In this document: positions 48,554 to 60,100 of the stretch, piece after piece | Numbering within the stretch: the stretch's first letter is position 1 | Layout: every line of letters starts with the position of its first letter | Source: a virus | IMG/VR virus record: IMGVR_UViG_3300026078_000029 | Location: 3,042-67,041 of that record | Reading direction: 5' to 3' (one strand) | DNA: 64,000 bases | Notes under the pieces: model-generated | What the model was told of the DNA's origin: nothing | The model's input: only the letters and a program-made list of their open reading frames with translations | Database searches by the model: none | Translations under genes and position numbers: made by a program

Positions 48554-49408
48554 ATGTCTATAGGAGACCCATTTTCAGAATTTGGAGGAAGTGCATTCTC
48601 GAACAATCCATTCAAAGAGTTTGGAGGTGATGTAATTAATCCAAATACAACGGACACTCTTCAAAAAAAATTTTATGCTAATTATATGTCGTCTCCAATA
48701 TACAAACAGAGATTAAATAATTTTGATATAAAAGACAAGCCAGATATATCTAATATTTTAAATACAAATATATCGCATATTACCGGAGTAGGATCAAAGG
48801 CTATGACAAAAGATGTAACCGCAAACAATACCATTAAAACAGCAGGATTCCCTATAAAACAAGGATTGTCTAATGTTAACATAGATAACAATCAGTTAGG
48901 GCAAATAAACAAGCAGTATAATGTAAATACGAAATTAGATGATGTAGTAGCTCACGAATTATCACATGTTTCAAGGCAACTAACTCCGAAAGAAGAAGAA
49001 TTTATAGCGTCTATGAATAAGCAAAAGATAGCCTCTGATTTATTCAAAGAATTTAAAAAACAAGGGCCGGTATACGATTCAAAAACGCTGAAACCCGCGG
49101 GATTTTCAGAGTGGTTATCAAATAGCTACGAACCAAACCCTGCTGTACATGATTCTAGTCCAAACGAAATTAAAGCAGACCTTGATGCCTTGCGATTTCA
49201 AATGCAAAAAAAGGGAATTTATGATGTTTCAAAAAGAAATATGAGTGCTGATGATTTTAAAAAGGCAACTCAAGATAAGGATATACAAAATAGTGTAGAG
49301 TTTAAGAGACTAATGCAGCGATTTAATCCAAATAACATTATTAAATTAAATAATACGATAGCTCTTAATTATAATAAATCAAATGGCGAGCAGGGGAATA
49401 TGGCATAA
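48554..49408 (+). CDS. Zincin-like (HExxH) protein
   Basis: AHELSH plus downstream NE..AD; N-terminal PFxEFGG repeat; TATATTTG 4 nt upstream. Confidence 0.55.
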   Translation: MSIGDPFSEFGGSAFSNNPFKEFGGDVINPNTTDTLQKKFYANYMSSPIYKQRLNNFDIKDKPDISNILNTNISHITGVGSKAMTKDVTANNTIKTAGFPIKQGLSNVNIDNNQLGQINKQYNVNTKLDDVVAHELSHVSRQLTPKEEEFIASMNKQKIASDLFKEFKKQGPVYDSKTLKPAGFSEWLSNSYEPNPAVHDSSPNEIKADLDALRFQMQKKGIYDVSKRNMSADDFKKATQDKDIQNSVEFKRLMQRFNPNNIIKLNNTIALNYNKSNGEQGNMA

Positions 49409-49438
49409 AAAAGCCCCGGCGAGCGAGGCTTTAATTTC

Positions 49439-49624
49439 TTACGCAGAAGGTGGAGTAGGTGCTACCGAAGCGGTGAATGTGATTTGGAAAGCCTCGAAAG
49501 CAGCGATTGCAGCCTGAGCGTTGGTAAGCGCAGTTTGAAAGTCGTCAGATGCTTTGGTGATTTGCGCCTTCAAAGCGTCAAGGTCAGCCTGGTTGTCGTC
49601 TACATTAATTGAAATGATTGCCAT
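49439..49624 (-). CDS. Small Ala-rich coiled-coil protein
   Basis: MAIISINVDD start with A-rich leader; shared hairpin terminator near 49408-49432. Confidence 0.5.
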   Translation of the reverse strand: MAIISINVDDNQADLDALKAQITKASDDFQTALTNAQAAIAAFEAFQITFTASVAPTPPSA

Positions 49625-49731
49625 TTTTTGAATGTTTTTAATTGTTAATACTTCTTTACCATTGATATACACATAAAGGTTTTCGCTGAAACGTGTGAAT
49701 CTCATAGCGTAAAGTTACTAAATTAAATGAT

Positions 49732-50211
49732 ATGACACCACCGGACAATTACGGAGAAAAACCGAAACCGCTAACAGCGCAAGACAAGGCTAAGTGGAAT
49801 AAATTTATTGGCTTTGTTGAGGCTAATAATATGAAGAACAATCCTATTTTGGATCAGCGCAACAAACAAGTTGGCATGAGTCTTTTACAAAAGTTCAACT
49901 TAGCTAATCCTAAAGACGCTTTGCCGACTGACATCATTCCAAAAGTTCAGCAGGAATTGCAAGATTATCGCACTAATTTGGTTAATCAGTGGAAAGCGGG
50001 AAGAATTGCGCCGATCGAGGGCGTTAAGACGGAAGATGATTTGATGTCTGGAATCAGCAAAGTCGATGGGTGGCCCGGTACAAAAACCCTTAGCAGCCGT
50101 TTCCCTACCGCGCAGATAACAATTGTTACGCCGGAAGGTAAACAGGTAAAGGATTATGGAACTGATATAGGAGCGTACGATAAGGCGCAGGGAATAACTG
50201 GCTCAAAATAG
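49732..50211 (+). CDS. Hypothetical virion-associated protein
   Basis: VDGWPGTKT motif; precedes scaffold. Confidence 0.5.
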   Translation: MTPPDNYGEKPKPLTAQDKAKWNKFIGFVEANNMKNNPILDQRNKQVGMSLLQKFNLANPKDALPTDIIPKVQQELQDYRTNLVNQWKAGRIAPIEGVKTEDDLMSGISKVDGWPGTKTLSSRFPTAQITIVTPEGKQVKDYGTDIGAYDKAQGITGSK

Positions 50212-50272
50212 CAACTCGAAAAGTACATTAATATTTGTTTTAAATTGCGTACAAATAATTTAAAACAATTTT

Positions 50273-51322
50273 ATGGCAAACGAACCAATGTTTTCGCCGG
50301 TAGCACCCGACGCGGTATACACCCCGGAAACACCAATCGAAACTCCGGCTGAAGTGACTGCCGAAGTAACGCCGCCAGTAGTAACAGAAGAAACTCCTGC
50401 GGCTGAACCCACACTTGAAGCACCCGCAGAAGCTACCGCACCAACTCAGGTTGAAGTCATACGCGAGGTAGAGAAGATCGTCGAGAAGTATCCTGAAATG
50501 GATGAGTACACTTCTGAACTTTTCACTGCGCTTATGGAGGGGAAAGAGGATGTTTTACTCAACTACCTTTCCGAAAAGCACCGCGACTATAAGAAGATGT
50601 CGGACTATGACGCTATCAAAGCCAACTTGCTTAAGTCTAATCCACACTATTCGGATGAAGATGCGGCACTCAAAATAGAGATGCAATACGGGGATGTGGT
50701 GAAGATTGACCTGTCGGGCCTCGATGCAGAAAGTGAGGAGTATGCCGAAGCAGTGGCGCACAACAAAACAGTAGAGCGCAACCAAAAGCTACTAAAGCTC
50801 GATGCTGTAGAAGCCCGCGCTGCTTTAGAGGCCGCAAAAAAAGAAATTAAACTACCAAAAATAAAACAACAGGAAGTCGTAGTAGATAACCAACCAACAC
50901 CTGAAGCAATCGAGCAGGGACGCAGAGATTGGCAGGCATACGTTGATAATAGTATTCCAGAAGTAAAGGATTTCACCTACAAAGTGGGGGACGAGGATGT
51001 CTCTTATCAGGTATCCGATGCGGAAAGAAAAGAAATGTCAACGCTGTTAAAGGAATCCAGCGGCAACCAAATCCTGCAAGAATTGGGATGGGTAGATAAA
51101 GAAGGTAAGCAAAATGTTTCAAAGATAGCCGGGGATGTGCTGAAATTGAAAAAAATGGCTACACTCATATCTAACGCCTACACTCAAGGAAAGACCGCAG
51201 GGACTAAATCAACAGTGGCAGAAATCAAGAACCTTGACCTGTCACAAAATAATTCAACAACAGTCGCAGCGCAACAAGCCGACATTGGCTTATTGGGCTT
51301 TGCGCATTTAAACCCTAAGTAA
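50273..51322 (+). CDS. Capsid scaffolding protein
   Basis: Acidic, P/E/T-rich N-terminus, helical; immediately upstream of capsid gene. Confidence 0.7.
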   Translation: MANEPMFSPVAPDAVYTPETPIETPAEVTAEVTPPVVTEETPAAEPTLEAPAEATAPTQVEVIREVEKIVEKYPEMDEYTSELFTALMEGKEDVLLNYLSEKHRDYKKMSDYDAIKANLLKSNPHYSDEDAALKIEMQYGDVVKIDLSGLDAESEEYAEAVAHNKTVERNQKLLKLDAVEARAALEAAKKEIKLPKIKQQEVVVDNQPTPEAIEQGRRDWQAYVDNSIPEVKDFTYKVGDEDVSYQVSDAERKEMSTLLKESSGNQILQELGWVDKEGKQNVSKIAGDVLKLKKMATLISNAYTQGKTAGTKSTVAEIKNLDLSQNNSTTVAAQQADIGLLGFAHLNPK

Positions 51323-51338
51323 AAAAAATTAAACAACA

Positions 51339-52685
51339 ATGGCAGCATCAACCATCCCCGCAAGTTTCTCCGCCCCGCAGGTCACCCGGTACGGATTAAT
51401 CAACTCCCTGAACGTAATCAATGTTACGGCTTTTGGTGAGATAGTACAAAAATTTGGCTTTACCCCATATATCGGCTTGAACGAATTGGCAGGTAATGAA
51501 GAAAAATCAGACAACAAACAGGTACGTTGGTACGAAGAACACGGGCGCGCATTGAACTTTGTTACCGCAGCAGGTGCAGTGTCAGGCGCAGCAGGCGCTT
51601 CAATCACCGTAACTGTAGGTGCAGGCAACTACTGGTCAAACGGTACGCTATCCCTACCATCGGTAGGCATGGAGTTCCGCAGCGCACAGACAGGTATCAT
51701 TACCCGCTGTACCGCAGTGAACCGTACCACTCCGTTCGCACACACATTTTCTATTACCCCGATTGTATCTACTCAGGCAGCTACCGTAGCAGCAGGTGAA
51801 GAATTACTTTCTATGGGCTTTTATCAGGTAGGCGGTTCTTCGGACGTTACCGAAACCATCATTCCTACTGTTGACCGTTACAGCAACTACAACACCGAAC
51901 TTCGTTGGGACACCACTCTGGATGACCTTGCGATGATGGAAAAGGTGGAGTTTTCCTGCAACGGATCACACGCATGGTTTACTTTCCAACAGCAGAAAGA
52001 CGAGTTGCGTCAATACCTGCAACGCGAGTACAACTTGATGAACGGCATTCAGGCAAATAACCTGCCTTATGACGAATCCGGATCTGACGGTGTATTGGCA
52101 CAGGTAGCCGCAAATGGACAGACTCTGAATTATAGCCAATTCGGAACTCAAACCGTAATGGCTCAGGTTGACCGTATGCTATCGGCTGTAGGCGCTCCGG
52201 GTGAGTACGATGTTTTGGCGGCTAAATTACCGTTCCAGGACATGCAGAACTCAATCGCCAATGAAATTAACAACGGTGCTATTATCTACGCAGAAGGTTC
52301 GCCTATGGGTGGTTATGACATCAAAGCTAACTTCAAGAGCATCACCATGTACAACCGTAAACTGAACTTAACCAACTACCAAATCTTCGACGAACAGTTT
52401 ATGTTCGGCGCAAGCGGTACTGGTATTCAGTCTAACTTGTCGCTATGGGTTCCAAGAGGTAAAACCACTGGCTTAGGTCAAGATCAGAAAACACAAGTCA
52501 TCGTACCTCGTTTCTGCCTGACCTATCAGCAGATTGGTGGTGCTAACAAATGGCACATGTGGCAATCAGGTGGTTATGCAGATAACCCGAACGGTACTAT
52601 CGCTAACAAATCGTACCATAACATCGCTTACTTTGGTGTTAAACTGTACGGCGCGATACAGTACCTGACTACTTACAAACAGTAA
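51339..52685 (+). CDS. Major capsid protein
   Basis: 448 aa; after scaffold; strongly biased codons; strong terminator; VRWYEE motif. Confidence 0.85.
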   Translation: MAASTIPASFSAPQVTRYGLINSLNVINVTAFGEIVQKFGFTPYIGLNELAGNEEKSDNKQVRWYEEHGRALNFVTAAGAVSGAAGASITVTVGAGNYWSNGTLSLPSVGMEFRSAQTGIITRCTAVNRTTPFAHTFSITPIVSTQAATVAAGEELLSMGFYQVGGSSDVTETIIPTVDRYSNYNTELRWDTTLDDLAMMEKVEFSCNGSHAWFTFQQQKDELRQYLQREYNLMNGIQANNLPYDESGSDGVLAQVAANGQTLNYSQFGTQTVMAQVDRMLSAVGAPGEYDVLAAKLPFQDMQNSIANEINNGAIIYAEGSPMGGYDIKANFKSITMYNRKLNLTNYQIFDEQFMFGASGTGIQSNLSLWVPRGKTTGLGQDQKTQVIVPRFCLTYQQIGGANKWHMWQSGGYADNPNGTIANKSYHNIAYFGVKLYGAIQYLTTYKQ

Positions 52686-52692
52686 TACTATC

Positions 52693-52723
52693 AAAGGGAC
52701 AGGAAAGTGAGCCTGTCCCTTTT
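52693..52723 (+). terminator. Intrinsic terminator after capsid gene
   Basis: AAAGGGACAGG/CCTGTCCCTTT perfect stem. Confidence 0.8.
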
Positions 52724-52748
52724 AACTTAATCTATACAAACAATTAAA

Positions 52749-53684
52749 ATGGCAACTATCGAAAAGAAGCGCGGAAATCCGAACTTCGTCAAAAGAACAG
52801 TAGAACCGGACATCGCAGGAATTAACAACGCTCCGAACCTGCACAAAGAGTACATCTTCCAACTTATCAGAACCCACGAAAAGCAAAAGCCGATCTCCGC
52901 AAAGATGGGCGACTTAGGCGGGGAAATCTTATCACCTTATCAGCCTTTCTTCGCTGTAGTCAATTCAGGACTGGCATGGGACGCACATTATGTCCCGCGA
53001 GAAGGCGCAAAACCGGGGGCGTCACGCAGATGGCGCTATCTTCACGGCTTCCCTACCATATGGGTTGACGAGCAGATAGACCCTGAACCAACCAAAGAAG
53101 AAATTGCAAGCAACCTTAATGACATCGTATTCCGTAATGGGATATTGCGCGTGTTTGAGCATGAGCAGACCAAATTACAGGCTGTTATGCTGAATGACGC
53201 GTTTGAGGGTTGTAAAAGGCCATTAAAGAATGTGCCGCATCAGTACAGGTTATTGGATCAGGATAAGATTGATAAAGAAGTTCTGAGCCAACTTGACGAG
53301 CAATTTGAAGCTGAAAAAGCGGCGCGCGAGGCTACTCCACAGGAAATGTATGCCCTTGCATACTTTTTCGGAATTGACTTGGCGCAGACCGACGAGGCTA
53401 TACGCAAGCACTTCATTACGAAGGCGCGTAGTAACCCCGGCATATTTCGTCGCGAATTTGTGAACCCTAAAAATAAATATAAATACATCTTTATGACGGC
53501 ATTGGGTCAGAACATCATATCTGACACAAGAATCCCAGGTCATGTCTATTTAGTAGAAGCTGACAGGCCAGTATATGACTTGAGGACAGACAATACCATT
53601 GAGGAACTATCCGCAGCGGTGATGGGAAATGACCAAAAGTCCACTGACCTATATAATCAGTTGCGAAAAATGATTGAAGATTAA
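52749..53684 (+). CDS. Conserved post-capsid protein of crAss-like morphogenesis blocks
   Basis: RY...PTIWVDEQ, IVFRNG.L.V motifs; position. Confidence 0.55.
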   Translation: MATIEKKRGNPNFVKRTVEPDIAGINNAPNLHKEYIFQLIRTHEKQKPISAKMGDLGGEILSPYQPFFAVVNSGLAWDAHYVPREGAKPGASRRWRYLHGFPTIWVDEQIDPEPTKEEIASNLNDIVFRNGILRVFEHEQTKLQAVMLNDAFEGCKRPLKNVPHQYRLLDQDKIDKEVLSQLDEQFEAEKAAREATPQEMYALAYFFGIDLAQTDEAIRKHFITKARSNPGIFRREFVNPKNKYKYIFMTALGQNIISDTRIPGHVYLVEADRPVYDLRTDNTIEELSAAVMGNDQKSTDLYNQLRKMIED

Positions 53685-53719
53685 TTGGTAAAGCCCCGTA
53701 GAGATTTGGGGCTTTATTT

Positions 53720-53878
53720 TTACCCCTTCACTCGTTTTAACGCTTTGTTTTTGCTACCTGCTTTTTTAGCCTTACGACTTGCAGAAGCAATGATGGCTCC
53801 AGCGCTCTTTTTTGAATATCCTTCTTTTTCTACAGATTTTACAGCTCCTTTAAAACCCACATGTTTTATCTTTGCCAT
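53720..53878 (-). CDS. Small highly basic protein
   Basis: MAKIKHVGFKGAVKSVEKEGYSKKSAGAIIASASRKAKK... Confidence 0.6.
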   Translation of the reverse strand: MAKIKHVGFKGAVKSVEKEGYSKKSAGAIIASASRKAKKAGSKNKALKRVKG

Positions 53879-53931
53879 GACTTTTTTTTGTTTTAAAGAT
53901 AAGTATTTTGTAGATTTGCTTTTAAAGCAAT

Positions 53932-54201
53932 ATGGAAACAATTACAATTAATGATCGGGAATACCCATTATCTACCACCAAAGAGGAATTGATGGATAAT
54001 CTAATCGTGTTGGGAGAAAGCGCACACAAGATTAAAGATGAGCCAATACAGAAAAAAGAAAGCCACTACCTCACCCCCCGAAACCACCTAAAAGACCTTA
54101 AATATCATATTGAGGCATTAAAGCGGTTAGCGCCGGGAAGTCCGACGTTAGCTATTAAGGAGATGCAGTATGAAGCGGGGTTACGTGCGCTTAGTGAATA
54201 A
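53932..54201 (+). CDS. Hypothetical protein
   Basis: TAGATTTG box upstream. Confidence 0.5.
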   Translation: METITINDREYPLSTTKEELMDNLIVLGESAHKIKDEPIQKKESHYLTPRNHLKDLKYHIEALKRLAPGSPTLAIKEMQYEAGLRALSE

Positions 54202-54358
54202 ACCTCGTAAATATTAACCACCAACCTAATATTGCCAGTATAGCACACGCAGCCAGTATAGCCCAATGAAACACAAACGTAGGCGCAGCGAATGGTAGAA
54301 TCGTGATTATGGTAAACACTATTGTGCTTATCCAAATGTAGATTGGTAAAATGCTCAT
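54191..54358 (-). CDS. 55-aa two-TM protein; absent from ORF track
   Basis: Translated by hand; almost entirely hydrophobic. Confidence 0.5.
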   Translation of the reverse strand: MSILPIYIWISTIVFTIITILPFAAPTFVFHWAILAACAILAILGWWLIFTRFIH

Positions 54359-54406
54359 ATAATCTCAACACAAAATAACATTACTTGTTTTTGTTATATT
54401 TGGGCT

Positions 54407-55588
54407 ATGACGGTAGACCAAGTTTTTCAAAGAGTATTGACACTTTCGGCTAAGTCTGGATTTACCGGGACAATTTCAAGTGTCAATTTCAATCAGAACT
54501 TTCCGTTCGCAGAAAGGCGCTATTATCAAAAACTTTACGGCAACCAAAATGAGTATCGTTATGGTGACCCTGTCCCTCGTATTGCTTACCCAAGCACAAT
54601 AAAAGTTAGTTCTTCGCTTTCTAAGTTCAGTTCAGCACCGCAGATATTAACCATCGATGCAAATGGACACGCACCAAAGCCTACCGATTTGTTCTTTGTA
54701 GACTCCCTTAGCCATATCATGTATGAAAATGGGGGCGCAATAAATGGAAGCATTACAGCGGGTACGGCCTACACTAACGGAGTATATACAGGAATTCCCT
54801 TAACTGGCGGGAGTGGTACTGGCGCAATAGCAACTATAACGATAGCAGGAAACTTAGTCACTCAGGTTCGGGTCACAACAAATGGTACGGGATATAAACC
54901 TGGCGATACATTAAGCGCCCTTGCTGCGAATATTGGCGGAACAGGGAGCGGATTTTCATACTATGTCCTATCTGTAGGGACTACGCCAACAGCAGTTAGG
55001 CGTGTTGAAAAACAGGATTTGGCAGATAATCTATTTAGCTACTATGAATATCCAACTGAAATGTTCCCTATTTATGTGGAATATGAGGATTATTTTCAAT
55101 TCTATCCAACTACGTTAATATCGGCTACATTGACGTATCTAATGAACCCGACTACCTGTTATTGGGGATATACGTTGAATGGCACAATTAGCACTACCAA
55201 TACACTTGTTGGCGGTAGTGGCTATACTAACGGCACGTATCCAAATGTAAACTTCACAGGAGGCGCGGGCAACAGCGCAAGCGGCACTGTAGTGGTTTCA
55301 GGCGGCGTCGTTACGTCGGTAACAATTACCAATGGTGGGTTTCAGTATAAGGTTGGGGATACGCTGACGGGAACGTTACCTGTTGGTGCGGGGTGGTCAT
55401 TTAAAGTTGCAAGTATCACTAACGCGCGACAGGTTTATGATTCCGCAACAAGTGTTGATCCTATTTGGTTGGACATCGACATAGATAACATAATTTATAT
55501 GTTTTTGACCGACATGGGCGCGTTCTTGAAGGATTCGGAATTAGAAGGCTATGCTACGGCGAATAGCAGGAATGGAGGCATATCATGA
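54407..55588 (+). CDS. Tail ring/tubular protein with two inserted Gly-rich beta domains
   Basis: Ring-like N- and C-termini; two YTNG.Y...TGG.G..A...V..V..T..G..YK.GDTL repeats. Confidence 0.6.
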   Translation: MTVDQVFQRVLTLSAKSGFTGTISSVNFNQNFPFAERRYYQKLYGNQNEYRYGDPVPRIAYPSTIKVSSSLSKFSSAPQILTIDANGHAPKPTDLFFVDSLSHIMYENGGAINGSITAGTAYTNGVYTGIPLTGGSGTGAIATITIAGNLVTQVRVTTNGTGYKPGDTLSALAANIGGTGSGFSYYVLSVGTTPTAVRRVEKQDLADNLFSYYEYPTEMFPIYVEYEDYFQFYPTTLISATLTYLMNPTTCYWGYTLNGTISTTNTLVGGSGYTNGTYPNVNFTGGAGNSASGTVVVSGGVVTSVTITNGGFQYKVGDTLTGTLPVGAGWSFKVASITNARQVYDSATSVDPIWLDIDIDNIIYMFLTDMGAFLKDSELEGYATANSRNGGIS

Positions 55589-56208
55589 CGTACGGAAAAT
55601 TGGCTGAGTTGATTATAACAGCCTACTACAAGGCGTATCCTAATCAGAATGCAAACTATACGCTACGCCAGATTAGTGAATTTATCGCCCAAGAAGTAGC
55701 TTCTCACGCCTTTTTAGATGCGGTAGCTCAGGACAGGCTTGGGGAAAGCGTCTACTCCAACGACCAATTTCTCTGCACTTACAACGGACTATCCGTCCAA
55801 ACAGAGTCGGCTACAGGCAGAAAGTACATTACGATGCCAAATACGCCTGCCGGATTACCGCAGGGACGAGAATTGGCATATATAGCCTTCAACGGCAATA
55901 AAAAGACGCAGATATTCCCGATGCGGAATAAGGATAGATTTATGCAACAGCTTACGGTTACGCCGAAGTGGATGGTACTCGCGTACATTGAAGGTGGCAA
56001 CATCTATTTGGATAACGTAAGTAGCCTCGTTTCAGCAACGGTGAACCTAACTTTGGTAGGTAGCGTTCCTGTCGGCACAGAATTGGTTGATTTGCCACTG
56101 AACTTACCAAAATCGGTTGAATCGGCTATAGTTGATAAGATATTGAATAGGTTGAATATGGTGAGGAATGTACTCCCCGATGGCGTTAATGACAACGTGT
56201 CAAAGTAA
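55585..56208 (+). CDS. Tail ring protein
   Basis: Position and coupling in tail block. Confidence 0.55.
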   Translation: MTYGKLAELIITAYYKAYPNQNANYTLRQISEFIAQEVASHAFLDAVAQDRLGESVYSNDQFLCTYNGLSVQTESATGRKYITMPNTPAGLPQGRELAYIAFNGNKKTQIFPMRNKDRFMQQLTVTPKWMVLAYIEGGNIYLDNVSSLVSATVNLTLVGSVPVGTELVDLPLNLPKSVESAIVDKILNRLNMVRNVLPDGVNDNVSK

Positions 56209-56214
56209 AAGGAT

Positions 56215-56997
56215 ATGCTAACATTAAGAGAAGTAGTAGGCCAATTGTTGGACAGTCAGGATTCCAGTTCTCATACGTTCCGGCGTTTGTATAATCTTGG
56301 CGTCTTTGGCATGAAGACTGAATTTGGTTTGGATGTAAAAAATTCAATAAAAACAGTCCTTCTCGACATAAATCCCAACAAAACCTGTGAACTCCCTTGT
56401 GATTACGTAACGCTTAGTAAGATGGGGGTTGTTAATTCGTATGGTGAGATAAGTTGCTTTAAGCGCAATGAAAGACTCTCCATGTACCACGCCGAATACT
56501 TTACTCAAACAAACCGTAACGCAGGTGTACCGACTTTGCCGACTTATGGATGGTACGGAGGCTTAAACGGGGGGCTGGTTGACTACAATGCTTTTGCCTA
56601 CCTGAACTATTGGTACTCCGGCACAACCTTTAACCTATACGGACTTGGTTCAGGCACAGCAGATGTTGGCGAATATAAGATTGACGAAACAAACCGAATC
56701 ATTCTGTTTAACGAGCAGTTTCACTGGACGCAATTCTTGCTTGAGTATATGTCGGATGGTAGTGATGAGGAAAATGATGATTATCCGGTTGATATTCGGA
56801 TGGCAGAAGCGGTGAAATGCTGGCTGAGGTGGCAGGATAAGATCGATAAGAAAAACGTAGGAATAGGGGAGAAAAACAAACTCAAACTCGACTATTATAA
56901 TCAGAAGCGCCTCTCAAGAATGCGTATTAACCCAATTATTCTTAACGAAATGCAAAATATTGAGCGCAGAAGTTGGAGAATGGTTGCAAAAGCATAA
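56215..56997 (+). CDS. Tail ring protein
   Basis: LPCDYV, LEYMSDG motifs typical of P22 gp4-like/crAss ring proteins. Confidence 0.6.
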   Translation: MLTLREVVGQLLDSQDSSSHTFRRLYNLGVFGMKTEFGLDVKNSIKTVLLDINPNKTCELPCDYVTLSKMGVVNSYGEISCFKRNERLSMYHAEYFTQTNRNAGVPTLPTYGWYGGLNGGLVDYNAFAYLNYWYSGTTFNLYGLGSGTADVGEYKIDETNRIILFNEQFHWTQFLLEYMSDGSDEENDDYPVDIRMAEAVKCWLRWQDKIDKKNVGIGEKNKLKLDYYNQKRLSRMRINPIILNEMQNIERRSWRMVAKA

Positions 56998-57130
56998 AGT
57001 ATTATTTATATTTATAATGTTTTTCATAAGGAAGTAGTTTTTGGTTTTAGAAAGTCTCCATGCGATACACGATCCGGGGGACTTTTTTTATGCCCAAAAA
57101 TGACTGCCTATTTTATGTTAAATTTGAGGA

Positions 57131-60100
57131 ATGGCTGTAATTTCAAATCTTATAACTTTTTATCACGGCGGTCAAGATCAGGACGACGCTCCTATCAAAA
57201 TTCAGCCCGGCGACTACATTGCTGCGTACAACTGCCGAAATTCAGGCACAGTATCAGGAGAGGACGGCTACACGACCAATATCGAATCCAACATCTTCAT
57301 TCAAGGCTCACTTCCATCAGGTATTAACAAAATTGTAGGCGCACAGGGATTTGAGCAAATACGTAAATCTGTTTGGTTTATCTACAATTCAGAAGGCTTT
57401 CACCAAATAGGGGTATTAGACTACGATACCAATGTATTAACGATTGCTTTTGAGAACCTGACCGACTCAGCAGATGTAGATATTCTAGCGCTGTCCCCCA
57501 ATAATTATGTACTTGACATCAAGTTAGTCAATGACGACTTTCTCATTTGGAATGATGGTAAAGCGCCTGTTGGGTATACTAATTTAACCAAGTTGCTTGC
57601 GGGTGGTTACGGCACATTGATAGCCGAAGATTTGGCATTGCTGAAACCACAGATACTTCAGCCGCCAACTGGCACATATGGCAGTGATAACGGGCAGCCA
57701 TCGAATGACCTTTTCGCCCTATTGCCGCAATTTACCGTTCAGTATATCAACGCTGAATTTAATTATTCAGCATGGGGTACGTGGTCTAAGCGCATTGTCC
57801 CTTACCAACAGGATACGCCATCTTTAGGAAGCGATGTGTCTCAAAATAACTACATCGTTGTTAGCGTAAATATCGGCTCTGAACGCGCGAATACTTTAAA
57901 TATAGCATGCAGGTTCGGGACTAATATTTTCAATATTATTAAATCGGTTGACAGGGCTTATATACTCGCATTACCCCATTCGGCAGTAGATGTAGACAAT
58001 GAGATTTACGAGGCATATAATTCCGGTACAAATACGTATAGTTTTGCCTTTTATAATAATGACATCACCATTCCGGTCAATCCGCTTGAAACCGACCTGT
58101 TTTATGACTATATATGGCCTTGCGGCGCAACGGAAGTGGTCAATGGAACGATCATAGCCAATGCGGATATTCATGCGGGGTATGAAAGGCCAACAACAAG
58201 CGTTACGGTGACTGGTATAGGGTATGATCCCAACATTGATATTCCCGCAGGAACATATCCTAACCCACTGAAGGTATTAAGTTATTTCCCAGGCGCATCC
58301 GGCAGCGGGGCAGGCGATCATAAACGTATTATGAGCTTTACGCTTGGCGGGACTCCACATACAGGCGATAAGATCATTGTTGTTGTATATGATATTAGAA
58401 ATTCCGCATCCACCAAAAACTATACCTACACCGTTCCAAGCGCATTGGATGGTAATTTAGCCGGGGTAATTGCTGCGTTCGCGCCATTTTTTCCTCGTTC
58501 TTCTTACACCACCAATAGTATCACGTGGACGGACGACCCTTACTTTACTATGCAGAATATAGCAATACAGCTATTTTTTGCGGGGGCTACTGTAGCAAAT
58601 TCAATTGAAAGCGTATTGGATAACCAGCCCTACCAGGCGGCATTATCCTACAGGGACAGCAATGGAACTCCATTCCCGTTACGTACAGATAGTTCATTTC
58701 AATTTATTACCCCATCAAGGGCGCAGGTTAACGGTCAGGCAGTCGAAGTGTCGTGGACTATCAATGATATGGCTGCGCCTGTTGGGGCAGTAGATTATCA
58801 GTGGCTATTAACCAAACCGGCATTACCGCAATTGGTGGAAACTACCGCTACCATCTTAAACTTCAAAGGTACATGGAATGCTTCTACCAATACGCCAACA
58901 TTGGCTGTGAATGATGGCAGCGCAAAGGTAGGAGACACTTATCAGGTAACAACGCCTGCGCGCCCTGAATTTACGCCTTATCATGATTTAGGCAATGGTG
59001 CGGTATATGATACAGGGGACTATGTGGTTTATAACGGACAGCTTTGGAATGTCTTGCCGAAAAACTTTGGTGACTTGACCGATACTGGAAATATACTTGC
59101 CTTTTCGCTTAATCCGTTGCAATTATTCAATTCAGAATACGCGACACAGGGCGTATCGACTATTTTAGGTTATGAATATGTTGTCAATGATAGGTGTACC
59201 CTGCACTATTATATTGATGGTAGCGGAACTAAACAATATTTTAATCAGCCATGCGTAAACCTGTCTGTTTTTGGGTTTGATGCGGCATCCTATATCGTAA
59301 AAGTAGAAAAATCAGCCTCCTTCACGGTATCTGGTGGCAATGTGCTTTATAACGGACAGCAAATAAATGGACTGAATATATTTTTAAGGCTATATTCTCC
59401 TGCGCCACAAGACCAATCTTCATCGGCAGTTCTTAACGGAACGGTTTATTACGAAGTTGGAGAGCGTTTTACGATCACTAACGGGCAGCATGATGTATTA
59501 TCAGGAACTTTTGCTTCCGGTGGCGTTTATTACAAGACCCGTCAAATGCCGGATGCTTTATTGCCTTACGCCAATCCGCCTGTAGACGTACTGTCAACCG
59601 ATTTTAACTATTCTGATTTTTACCCATCCGCATTCGGCTCATTCGGAAGACCGCGCTATTATAATGATGAACTGGAAAAAACAGAGCGAAAGGCAGTTAT
59701 TACATGGTCTGATACTTATGTATTGGGCAGTAAGCGGAATGGGCTTACTCGGTTCTACCCTGAAAATGTATACGGAGTGCAGGGTGGTCAAACCTCGGCC
59801 AATTACGGGCGAATCGTGAAGATGCTGCAAGTAAACAATGAGTTGGTGATTCTACAGCAACTAAATCATGGTAGTATACCTGTTTATCAGGTGGTATACA
59901 CGGATGCTTTGCAGAAAACTACCGTTGCTGTCAGCGAAAAACTATTTAACCCTATCCGGTACACCACAAGTAAGCACATCGGAATTGGGGATGCAAAGGA
60001 AAGCGTCGCTATTTACAACAACGTTATTTACTGGATTGACCCTAACAGGTCGCAACCCGTAAGATGGGAAGGTGATGGGTGTTTCCCTATTTCGCTTAAA

